From positions 223,453-287,452 of the forward strand of contig CAWDYB010000010.1 in assembly GCA_963806425.1 (NCBI GenBank): a stretch of DNA of 64,000 nt. Reading direction: 5' to 3'. Source of the stretch: an uncultured Bacteroidota bacterium (GTDB lineage Bacteria > Bacteroidota > Bacteroidia > Chitinophagales > Chitinophagaceae). Under the pieces are notes generated by a model. The model had not been told where the DNA came from, did no database searches, and worked only from the letters and a program-made list of their open reading frames with translations. Positions 9,375 through 18,269 of the stretch are shown here, piece after piece; positions within the stretch are counted from its first letter, which is position 1; each line of letters starts with the position of its first letter. A program made the position numbers and the translations under genes.

Positions 9375-10253
9375 ATGAACGTGTTCTCTATTAAAGATCT
9401 TGAAAATTTAAGTGGTATAAAAGCCCATACCATACGCATGTGGGAGCAACGGTATTCATTTTTAAAACCTCACAGAAGTGCGACCAACATTCGCTATTAT
9501 ACCAATAACGAATTAAAAACACTGCTTAACATTTCGCTGCTTAACAAATATGGATTTAAGATTTCTTCCATTGCTAAAATGAAGGAAGAAGAAATGAACG
9601 AAAAAATACTTTCACTAACCGACACTGATGCACAACAGGAGCGTGTTATACATAAGCTCATAAAATGCATGATAGACCTCGATATGGAAAGTTTTGAAGA
9701 CGTGCTTGATAATTACATCTTGCCAAAAGGCATACAAAAAGCCATCCTTCATTTAATATTCCCTTTTCTTGAAAGGATAGGAATTTTATGGTCTACCAAC
9801 CATATAAATCCTGCACAGGAACACCTGACCAGTAATATAATTAAGAGAAAGCTAATGGTAGGTATCGAAAGTGCTGTGGTGCATAAAAATTCTGATAAAA
9901 CCATATTACTCTTTTTACCAGAAAATGAGCACCATGAAATGGGTTTACTATTTATATACTACCTGTTAAAGGTTCGGGGTGCGCAGGTGCTGTACCTTGG
10001 GACCAATACACCTTTACAGGATATTGTTTTCGTAGCCAACCTAAAAAAGCCAGATCACCTTTACATGCATCTTACGGCACCAACACATAATTTTAATTTA
10101 GATAAATATATCAACCGAATTAATGCATGTATTCCCGGTATTCCTCTTTTCATCTCCGGCAGGCCCGTCAAAGACCATAAAAGAAAAGATTCAAAGCAGG
10201 TGCAATTCAAACGATCGCTTTCAGAGGTAATTACGTATGTAGATGCACTGTAA
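9375..10253 (+). CDS. MerR-family regulator with B12-binding domain (CarH/LitR-type photoreceptor candidate)
   Basis: 292 aa with an N-terminal MerR HTH (IKDLENLSGIKAHTIRMWEQRY). WSTNHINPAQEH matches the W-x9-EH motif and ENEHHEMG matches the E-x-H-x-x-G lower-ligand motif of the CarH family. Confidence 0.75.
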   Translation: MNVFSIKDLENLSGIKAHTIRMWEQRYSFLKPHRSATNIRYYTNNELKTLLNISLLNKYGFKISSIAKMKEEEMNEKILSLTDTDAQQERVIHKLIKCMIDLDMESFEDVLDNYILPKGIQKAILHLIFPFLERIGILWSTNHINPAQEHLTSNIIKRKLMVGIESAVVHKNSDKTILLFLPENEHHEMGLLFIYYLLKVRGAQVLYLGTNTPLQDIVFVANLKKPDHLYMHLTAPTHNFNLDKYINRINACIPGIPLFISGRPVKDHKRKDSKQVQFKRSLSEVITYVDAL

Positions 10254-10351
10254 GAGCCCACTTTTCTTGTTATTTCATTTAATAAAACTCGTTTTCCATA
10301 TAACTTTTTAATATTTAGATAACAAGATTTAGCAGATTTAATTGAAAAAAT

Positions 10352-10885
10352 TTGTTTAAGTTTGTGTGCCTACAAATTAAACATAATATTATGTCTACCG
10401 GCGAATTTACCAACATACTGCTTTCAAACACAGAGCACCTGAAGCCCTTTGCCATAACCCTTACAAAAAACCCTGAAACAGCCGGCGACCTTATACAGGA
10501 GACCTTTTACCGCGCCTATATTAATAAAGATAAATACAATAACGGCACAAATATGAAAGCATGGTTATATACAATTATGCGAAATATTTTTATTAATGAT
10601 TATAGGCGAAATGTTAAACAACGGTACATCGTTGAAAAACAGTTTCAGCCTTTTAATAATTACGTGCTTAATGCCGCGGGCACCGAAATGCAGTTAAAGG
10701 AAATTAAAATGGCAATAGCCAAATTGCCTCTTATATTTAAACAACCTTTTGTACTCTTTTATAATGGATATAAGTACAGTGAAATTGCAGAATTATTAGA
10801 GGAACCTTTAGGAACTATTAAAAGCCGTATTCACTTCGCCCGCAAATTCCTTAAAACGCATATTACTAATCAGGAAAATAATTAA
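10352..10885 (+). CDS. ECF-type RNA polymerase sigma-70 family factor
   Basis: 177 aa, with the likely true start at ATG 10391 (MSTGEF). Region 2 reads DLIQETFYRAY...WLYTIMRNIFINDYRR and region 4 reads YSEIAELLEEPLGTIKSRIHFARK. Confidence 0.85.
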   Translation: MFKFVCLQIKHNIMSTGEFTNILLSNTEHLKPFAITLTKNPETAGDLIQETFYRAYINKDKYNNGTNMKAWLYTIMRNIFINDYRRNVKQRYIVEKQFQPFNNYVLNAAGTEMQLKEIKMAIAKLPLIFKQPFVLFYNGYKYSEIAELLEEPLGTIKSRIHFARKFLKTHITNQENN

Positions 10886-10886
10886 A

Positions 10887-12364
10887 CTGACAAACAAAAA
10901 TATCATAGTAATCGGTTGTGGATTTTCCGGACTTTCGGCAGCGTGCTACCTGGCTAAAGCTGGCGCCTCTGTTACAATTGTGGAAAAGCATGATTCACCG
11001 GGTGGGCGTGCAAGGCAACTAAAAGAAGCCGGGTTTACATTCGACATGGGCCCGAGCTGGTATTGGATGCCTGATGTTATTGAAAATTTCTTTCAGCATT
11101 TTGATAAAACTGTAAGTGATTATTACCAGTTAAAAAGACTTGATCCGAGTTACAAAATTTATTGGAAAAATGAAGCTGTTGCTGTTCCTGCAGATTACAA
11201 TGCATTAAAGAAAACTTTTAATGATATTGAAAAAGGAAGTGGAGAAAAATTAGATGAATTTATTGTACAGGCTGCTTATAAATACAAAACAGGCATGCAG
11301 AAGCTGGCTTACAAACCCGGTAATTCATTTACAGAATTTCTTGAGGCAGATGTAATTAAAGGCTTGTTTAAGCTTGATCTTTTTAGTTCTATAAAGTCGC
11401 ATGTATCAAAATATTTTAAAAGTGAAAAGCTACAGCAGCTTATGGAATTTCCCGTATTATTTCTTGGGGCTTTACCAAAAGATATTCCGGCCATGTATAG
11501 CCTGATGAATTATGCAGATATTATTGGCGGCACATGGTATCCAAAAGGTGGCATGTTCAGCATTATTAAAGCCATGGAAAAACTAGCCATAGAGCTGGGT
11601 GTGAAAATAAAATACAATAGCAATGTAACATCTTTTGGTTTTAGGCACGGGCACATTAATCATGTTCAGGTAAATGATGATGACCTTCTCGAATGCGATA
11701 CAGTGGTTGCTTCAGCTGACTATCATTTTGTGGAAACAAAACTTTTACCTCAGAAATACAGAAGTTATTCTGAAAAGTATTGGGAAACCCGCGTTATGGC
11801 GCCGGGGTGTTTACTGTACTATGTTGGTTTAAATAAGAAGCTTAAAAATCTTACGCATCATTCACTTTTTTTTGATGCTGATTTTGAAAAGCATGGCAAA
11901 GAGATCTATAGCAGCAGGGAATGGCCTGAAAACCCACTGTTTTATGTATGCGCTGCTTCTGTTACAGATGCCGGGGTTGCGCCGGAAAATGGAGAAAATC
12001 TTTTTTTTCTTATTCCTGTTGCTGCGGGGTTAAAGGGCGATAGCGAAGAATTACGTCAAAAATATTTCAACATTATTACTGAAAGATTTTACCGAAATAC
12101 GGGTGAGGATATAAGGAAGAACATAGTGTATAAAAAATCTTTTGGCTATTCAGATTTTGTAAATGATTACAATGCTTTTAAGGGTAATGCTTACGGTCTT
12201 GCCAATACATTACGGCAAACTGCCATGCTTAAGCCCGCTATTAAAAGCAAAAAAATAAATAACCTATATTATACTGGTCAGCTAACCGTACCTGGCCCGG
12301 TGTTCCACCGAGTATAATCAGCGGCGAAATTGTAGCAAAGCAAATAATATCAAAGTGGCAGTAA
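10887..12364 (+). CDS. crtI: phytoene desaturase, with no canonical start codon and a 3'-terminal frameshift
   Basis: The track ORF 10980-12317 lacks the FAD fold. The same frame stays open upstream, reading LTNKNIIVIGCGFSGLSAACYLAKAGASVTIVEKHDSPGG from CTG 10887. Near 12299 one G appears to be missing. The shifted frame then gives PGPGVPPSIISGEIVAKQIISKWQ, ending at 12364. Confidence 0.85.
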
Positions 12365-12399
12365 TTATTTATGCTTCATAATTATTAAAAAAGAAATGC

Positions 12400-13236
12400 A
12401 TGATGCACCTATTCACAACCGTAAGCAGAAACTGTAGCCGAATTACAACGGAAACATATAGTACATCTTTTTCATTGGCCATTAAGCTGCTGCACAAAGA
12501 CCTTCGGCAACACATTCATAATATTTATGGGTTTGTGCGCTTTGCCGATGAGATCGTTGATACATTTCATGCGTATGAAAAAAGCACACTGCTGCAGGAA
12601 TTTAGAAAAGAAACATTTACCGCAATCGAAAGAAAAATAAGTTTAAACCCCATTCTTAACAGCCTTCAGGAAACGGTTAACCGGTTTAATATTGATCTGC
12701 AACTGATCCATGAATTCTTTTTTAGCATGGAATGGGATCTTGACAAAAAAGCGTATTCTCAACTAGAATATAACAGGTATGTTTTTGGAAGTTCAGAAGC
12801 TGTAGGTTTAATGTGCCTCCACGTTTTTTGTGAAGGCGATAAAACATCTTTCCTCAAATTAATGCCTGCCGCCAAAAGCCTTGGGGCAGCATTTCAAAAA
12901 GTGAATTTTTTAAGAGATGCCCAGGCAGATTATACCCAATTGAACAGGGTTTATTTTCCCAAATGCGATTTATCCAACTTTACCTTAAAAGATAAACTTG
13001 CCATCGAGGCCGATATACAAACAGATTTTGCAATGGCTTATACAGGCATTAAGCAACTGCCGCCAAAAGCAAGGTTTGGCGTTTTTGTAGCATATAAATA
13101 TTATTTATCGCTTTTTAGAAAGATAAAAGCTGTTGAGCCCGCCCAAATAATGCAATCTCGCATTCGCGTGGCCGACAGCAGCAAAATATTGATTCTCGCT
13201 AAAGCCGGCCTGCAGCGCCAATTGAACTTATTGTAA
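12400..13236 (+). CDS. crtB: phytoene synthase
   Basis: 278 aa squalene/phytoene synthase family protein with FVRFADEIVD and NFLRDAQADY Asp-rich motifs. It follows crtI. Confidence 0.9.
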   Translation: MMHLFTTVSRNCSRITTETYSTSFSLAIKLLHKDLRQHIHNIYGFVRFADEIVDTFHAYEKSTLLQEFRKETFTAIERKISLNPILNSLQETVNRFNIDLQLIHEFFFSMEWDLDKKAYSQLEYNRYVFGSSEAVGLMCLHVFCEGDKTSFLKLMPAAKSLGAAFQKVNFLRDAQADYTQLNRVYFPKCDLSNFTLKDKLAIEADIQTDFAMAYTGIKQLPPKARFGVFVAYKYYLSLFRKIKAVEPAQIMQSRIRVADSSKILILAKAGLQRQLNLL

Positions 13237-13243
13237 GTTAATG

Positions 13244-14665
13244 CTACCTGATTAAAATATTTTTGGTTTCGTACGTTTCTCCCCCGATCAACTGAATGTT
13301 GAAAACGCCCTTAGACCCTGCCGGTGCAGATACCCGAATTACGTTTTTTCCTTCCACTGCATTCACCTTCTGCTGCACTACAGTTATGCCGTTATTGTTA
13401 TAAAGATTCAACATAATCACTCCTGCTTTTTCTGCATTAAATTCTACTGCAAAACTTCCGGTAGACGGGCTTGGATATACTTTTAGTGGTAATTCTTTTC
13501 CCTGTGGTATGGCATTATCAGCGAGGCGGTAAATTCTTCCGTTAGTATAATTCGTTATATACAGTTCATTGTTTTTATCTTCTCCAAAGGCGGTGTATGA
13601 AAACATATCGCCTTTATATACAACCTTCACTTTCTTTTCAAATCCATCCAGGTATGCAGCGCGAATAAAGCCGCTGCAATAATCAGTATAAAAATATTTT
13701 GCAACCATGCGCGGGTATTTTGTGCCCCTGTAAACAAAACCGCCGGTAATGCTGCAATCGCCATTATCATGTGTATACTCTATAACCGGGAAGGTATAGT
13801 TTGCGCGGCTGCTGCAACCGGTGGTATTGTATTCGTGTCTTCCTTCGTAACATCTCCACCCATAATTCTTACCTCCCTTGCTACCTTTCGGTTCAATATT
13901 TAATTCTTCGTAAAGTGCCTGTCCGACATCAGCAATATACAGGTCACCCCGTTTTGCATCAAAGCTCCATTTCCAGGGATTTCTTAAACCAAGGGCCCAA
14001 ATTTCAGGTAAATAGTTTGGGTTATTAATGAAAGGGTTGTCTGCCGGTATAGCATAAGGATTACCATTATGTACATCAATACGAAGCATTTTGCCCAGGA
14101 AGCTTAGGGGGTTTTGCGCATTATTATTGGGATCACCGGCACTACCGCCATCGCCCATACCTATGTACAGGTAACCATCATGACCAAACCTAAGGCATCC
14201 GCCATTGTGATTGGAAAAGGGCTGCGGTATTTCGAGTAAAAATTTTTCTGTAGTAGTGTCTGCTTCGTTAGCATTACCCGCTTTTACTGTAAACCTGGAT
14301 ATTTGGGTGTTTTTGCTTTTGTTGGTGTAATTAACATACAAATAGCCGTTCGATAAATAATCAGGATCAAAGGCCAACCCAAGCAATCCCTGCTCGCCAC
14401 CCCGGTCAAATATGCGGCTGCTAATATCAAGATAAGGTTTTGCAGATTTGTTTCCATTTACATCTGCATAAAACACGCGACCATTTTTTTGAACAATAAA
14501 AAGCCTGTCATCTCCGCAATTCTCTATGCCAAGAGGCGAATCATATCCGGATGAAAATGCAATGAGACCCATAGCAAGATCCTGGCCCTTACCGGGAAAC
14601 CATGCTATAAAACTGAGCATAAAAAGCGTAACAATTTTTTTCATAAATAATTTTTTTAAAGGCAT
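13244..14665 (-). CDS. PQQ-dependent sugar dehydrogenase (GSDH family) with T9SS C-terminal sorting domain
   Basis: 473 aa with HNGGCLRFGHDGYLYIGMGDGGSAGDP, GLRNPWKWSFD and NYGWRCYEG motifs. The C-terminal roughly 80 aa (VYPSPSTGSFAVEF...) are a type A T9SS CTD. Confidence 0.85.
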   Translation of the reverse strand: MPLKKLFMKKIVTLFMLSFIAWFPGKGQDLAMGLIAFSSGYDSPLGIENCGDDRLFIVQKNGRVFYADVNGNKSAKPYLDISSRIFDRGGEQGLLGLAFDPDYLSNGYLYVNYTNKSKNTQISRFTVKAGNANEADTTTEKFLLEIPQPFSNHNGGCLRFGHDGYLYIGMGDGGSAGDPNNNAQNPLSFLGKMLRIDVHNGNPYAIPADNPFINNPNYLPEIWALGLRNPWKWSFDAKRGDLYIADVGQALYEELNIEPKGSKGGKNYGWRCYEGRHEYNTTGCSSRANYTFPVIEYTHDNGDCSITGGFVYRGTKYPRMVAKYFYTDYCSGFIRAAYLDGFEKKVKVVYKGDMFSYTAFGEDKNNELYITNYTNGRIYRLADNAIPQGKELPLKVYPSPSTGSFAVEFNAEKAGVIMLNLYNNNGITVVQQKVNAVEGKNVIRVSAPAGSKGVFNIQLIGGETYETKNILIR

Positions 14666-14702
14666 TAGTAAAAATTAAAGCATGAAGTGAAATGTCACTT
14701 CA

Positions 14703-14948
14703 TTACCTTCTGAATCTTTGATCAATGCCCGGAATCCAAGATTCGGTTCTCAGAAATTTTTGTTTTTTCAGGTAGGATGGATCCACCAGAATGGTTTCGT
14801 TATCAGAAAGTGTATGTACTGTATGTAAAACAATAGCACCACCTGTTTTGCCGGACTGGAAATCACGCATAAAATATCCCATCCTGCTATTATTCATTAT
14901 TGATTCAGGCATTGGGTAAATTAAATTGATCGTATATTTTCTCAGCAT
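14703..14948 (-). CDS. hypothetical protein (81 aa or shorter)
   Basis: Supported only by an open frame upstream of the dehydrogenase gene. I recognise no motif. Confidence 0.25.
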   Translation of the reverse strand: MLRKYTINLIYPMPESIMNNSRMGYFMRDFQSGKTGGAIVLHTVHTLSDNETILVDPSYLKKQKFLRTESWIPGIDQRFRR

Positions 14949-15182
14949 TCAATAAAGGTGTGTAACAGTTATTGCAAACCAATTTATAGCGTTATCAGGC
15001 AGCATACAATTTAAATTTTCCGGGAATTAAATTTAATGAATATTCTACTTGAATAAATATGATTTTTTTTTGCAGGAAGTGTTATACAGTGAGGTTAATA
15101 AGTATTTATTATTAAATGAAATAAATTAAAAAACTGTTTATACCTTACCACATATTTTACTAACCATTAAATTAATTTCCCC

Positions 15183-15851
15183 ATGGCAAAAGCGAATAAA
15201 AAAAGCGCCACAAAAAAAAGTTCACCCAAAAAATCTGCTACCGGTAAGGCTCCTGTAAAAAAGCAGGCATCAAAAAAAGCTGCTCCTAAAAAGGCATCCG
15301 TGAAGAAGGCTCCGGCTAAAAAAGCAGCTTCAAAAAAAACAGCCCCTAAAAAAGGCGCGGCACCAAAAAAATCAACCGCGAAAAAAAGCACGGTTAGAAA
15401 ACCAGCCGCAAAAAAAGCAGCAGCAAAAAGTTCTTCCAAAAAATCATCTAATAAAAGTGCGGGAAGGTCTGTTATAAAAAAAGCAGCAGCAAAAAAAGCT
15501 ACTCCTAAAAAGGCTTCGGCAAAAAAATCTGCTCCTAAAAAAGCAACGGTTAAGAAAGCAGCAGGCAATAAATCTTCTTCCAGCAAATCTGGTACAAAAA
15601 GGGCAGCAACAAAAAAAGCGGCACCGAAAAGGTCTGCACCTAAAAAGGCTGCTTCAAAAAAATCTGCTTCGAAACGCAATTCATCTTCCGGTAAGAGCGG
15701 ATCTTCTTCAAATGAAATGAATTCAACAACCGCTGCAAGCACATCTACAACTACAGATGCTGAGTTAAACCAGGCAAGTGAAATGCCTTCGTCTACAACA
15801 AATGAACTGAGTGGCAGCAATGGAATTGGTACTGAAGAAAACGCATCATAA
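15183..15851 (+). CDS. histone H1-like Lys/Ala/Pro-rich repeat protein with Ser/Thr/acidic tail
   Basis: 222 aa. The first roughly 165 aa are KKxAPKK/AAKK-type repeats, and the last roughly 55 aa are S/T/E/N-rich with no Lys. A clean ATG follows an AT-rich upstream region. Confidence 0.75.
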   Translation: MAKANKKSATKKSSPKKSATGKAPVKKQASKKAAPKKASVKKAPAKKAASKKTAPKKGAAPKKSTAKKSTVRKPAAKKAAAKSSSKKSSNKSAGRSVIKKAAAKKATPKKASAKKSAPKKATVKKAAGNKSSSSKSGTKRAATKKAAPKRSAPKKAASKKSASKRNSSSGKSGSSSNEMNSTTAASTSTTTDAELNQASEMPSSTTNELSGSNGIGTEENAS

Positions 15852-15864
15852 ATTATAATAAAAA

Positions 15865-15886
15865 ATGCCCTGCTTAAACAGGGCAT
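15865..15886. terminator. hairpin between convergent genes
   Basis: atgccctg-cttaaa-cagggcat hairpin with an A-run on the left. It is best oriented as a terminator for the minus-strand E2 gene. Confidence 0.55.
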
Positions 15887-15900
15887 AATAGTTTTTATAC

Positions 15901-15919
15901 AGCCATAAATTTTATGGCT
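15901..15919 (+). terminator. hairpin plus T-run after the H1-like gene
   Basis: agccataa-att-ttatggct hairpin followed by ttttttat. Confidence 0.5.
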
Positions 15920-15922
15920 TTT

Positions 15923-17607
15923 TTATATCAGCATTCTTAATGGTTCTTCGAGAAGGCTTTTTAAAGTTTGTAAAAATGCGGCACCTGTTGCACCGTCTAC
16001 CACGCGGTGGTCGCAACTTAGCGTAACTTTCATTACATTGCCCGGTACCACCTGCCCGTTTTTTACAACCGGCACCTGGCTAATTCCGCCAACTGCGAGT
16101 ATGCATGCATCGGGCGGGTTTATTATTGCAGTAAATTCTTCAATGCCAAACATGCCCAGGTTAGAAATGGTAAAGGTGCTTCCCTCCCAATCAGAAGGTT
16201 GCAATTTTTTGTCTTTTGCTTTTTGGGCATAATCTTTAACCTCTGCTGCTATCTGGCTTAAAGGTTTTGTATCTGCAAATCGTATTACGGGCACCAGTAA
16301 ACCTTCGTCTACCGCGACTGCAACACCAATGTTTACATGATGATTAGTGCGAATTTTATCGCCCAGCCAGCTGCTGTTAACTTTAGGGTGCTGTTTTAAT
16401 GCAAGGGCAACAGCTTTTAAAACAATATCATTAAAACTAATTTTAACCTTGCCGTTCTCATTCATTTTTCCGCGGCCGCAACACTGGCATCCATATCTAT
16501 ACTCATGGTAAGATAAAAATGCGGGGCAGAGAATTTACTTTCTGCCAAACGTTTGGCGATGGTTTTACGCATTTGAGAAACCGGCACTTCATCAAAGCTT
16601 TCTTCGCCGGCAGGTGCCTGCTTTTGCATAGCAGGGGCAGGAGTTTGCTGGTTGGTGGCTGCCTGCGTTGGAGCTGTTTCTTTAAAATTGTCAATGTCAC
16701 TTTTGGTTATTCTGCCATTGTCTCCGGAACCTTTTACATATTTCAGGTCTATGCCTTTTTCGCCTGCCATTTTTTTCGCCAGGGGAGAAGCAAATATTCT
16801 TCCTTCATTTACCACTTTTTGCGGGGCGGTGTCTTTCGCATGTACCGCAGGTTTTTCCTGTTCTTTTGATGCCTCTTCTTTTGGTGCTTCTGCATCGTCA
16901 TCACCACCACCGGCATTACTGTTTTTTACGCCTTCTACAATACTGTTAATATCTAAATCTTCTTTTCCAATAATACATAAGAGGTCGTTAACCAATATTT
17001 TTTCTCCGGTATTTGCTCCCTGGTATAAAAGTTTACCATTTTTGTAGCTTTCCAGCTCCATGGTCGCTTTATCCGTTTCAATTTCGGCCAGTATGTCTCC
17101 TTTTTTAACGTCGTCGCCAACATTTTTAAGCCATGCAGCAATAACACCTTCAGTCATAGTATCGCTCAGGCGTGGCATTAAAACCACTTCGTCCATTTTG
17201 CTGTAATCTCTTCCTTCTTCTTTTTTTGCCTGGGGAGCTGCGGCAGCAGGTTCTTTTTCGGGGGTACTTTCCTGCTGTTTTTTTTCTGCAGGTTTTTCTT
17301 CCACTTCCTGTTTTTTTTCACCTTCTGGCTTGCCTTCATGTTCAGCGATGAGGGTAGAAACATCTTCCCCATCTTTACCAATAATCGCAAGCAAATCGTT
17401 TACCTGCAGTTTGCCGCCCTTATCGCCGCCCAGGTGCAATACGGTTCCATCTTTGTAACTCTCCAGTTCCATAGTGGCCTTATCGGTTTCAATTTCTGCA
17501 AGCAGATCTCCTTTTTTTACCTGGTCGCCCACCTGTTTATGCCATTCAGCAATAACACCTTCGGTCATGGTATCACTTAAACGGGGCATTAATATCACTT
17601 CAGCCAT
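15923..17607 (-). pseudogene. pyruvate dehydrogenase complex dihydrolipoyllysine acetyltransferase (E2), one frameshift
   Basis: ORFs 16462-17607 and 15923-16465 join into one E2. It has two lipoyl domains (ETDKATMELESYK twice), a PSBD (ASPLAKKMAGEKGIDL) and a catalytic DHRVVDGA. The break is at the A5 run 16465-16469, and one extra A would restore the frame. Confidence 0.9.
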
Positions 17608-17806
17608 ATATCTAGCTATTAAATTTATAATACGTTTATTATGCCGGTGACAGGCTTGGCCGCACAGATGTGGCTTTTGTTGCGTCGCACTACGTTCATC
17701 TTCCTGTTAACTATCAGCATGTAATAATGCAGTGAAATTACTGTAAAAAGAAATAGGTGCCTATGCGTACAACATTTTTAATGCGTAAGATATGCGGGAA
17801 GTGTAT

Positions 17807-18217
17807 TTAATCTAATTCATTTCCGTAGTTGCCGGTAACGGTAAGCAGGAAAAATGATTTTTTATTTGCCGTAATTGTATGCTCGGTTTGCGGGTGAAGT
17901 GTAATTAATTGCTCCTCATCTACATCTATAGATTCTCCTGAAAGGTCTACAGTTAGTTCACCTTTAAGTAGATGTAAGCAGGTTACACCATCAATGGAAT
18001 GTGGGTTTATGGTGGCGTTTTTATGCAGGGCAACCAAAACAATGGTTATACCTGTAGATTTAAACAGTGTAATGGCATTACGATCATTCTTTTTCCATGC
18101 CTTTTCTTCTTTCAGCTGGTCAATATAGTTTTCTATATCGGCTAATACAAACCGTGCATCAATAGGGCGATCGCCCTCGGGACGGTTATTGGTTGCTTCG
18201 TTATATTTTTCTGTCAT
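17807..18217 (-). CDS. cupin-fold protein
   Basis: 136 aa with a beta-barrel-like pattern (LHLLKGELTVDLSGESIDVDEEQLITLHPQTEHTITA). Confidence 0.5.
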   Translation of the reverse strand: MTEKYNEATNNRPEGDRPIDARFVLADIENYIDQLKEEKAWKKNDRNAITLFKSTGITIVLVALHKNATINPHSIDGVTCLHLLKGELTVDLSGESIDVDEEQLITLHPQTEHTITANKKSFFLLTVTGNYGNELD

Positions 18218-18269
18218 AATATAATATTGGAAAGTTATGCCTAAAAATTATGCCTGTTTTTACGGTTTG

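Noticed and set aside
15190-15700. Periodic short nucleotide repeats that superficially resemble an array
   Set aside because: They are the coding repeats of the Lys/Ala-rich protein. Repeat units are short and degenerate with no unique spacers, so this is not a CRISPR array. I found no CRISPR array anywhere in the window.
15167-15886. 239-aa minus-strand ORF rich in Phe/Ala/Leu, overlapping the whole H1-like gene
   Set aside because: It is the mirror image of the AAA/GCN-rich repeats: lysine codons read antisense as Phe. The plus-strand frame has a clean start, a coherent repeat structure and downstream terminators.
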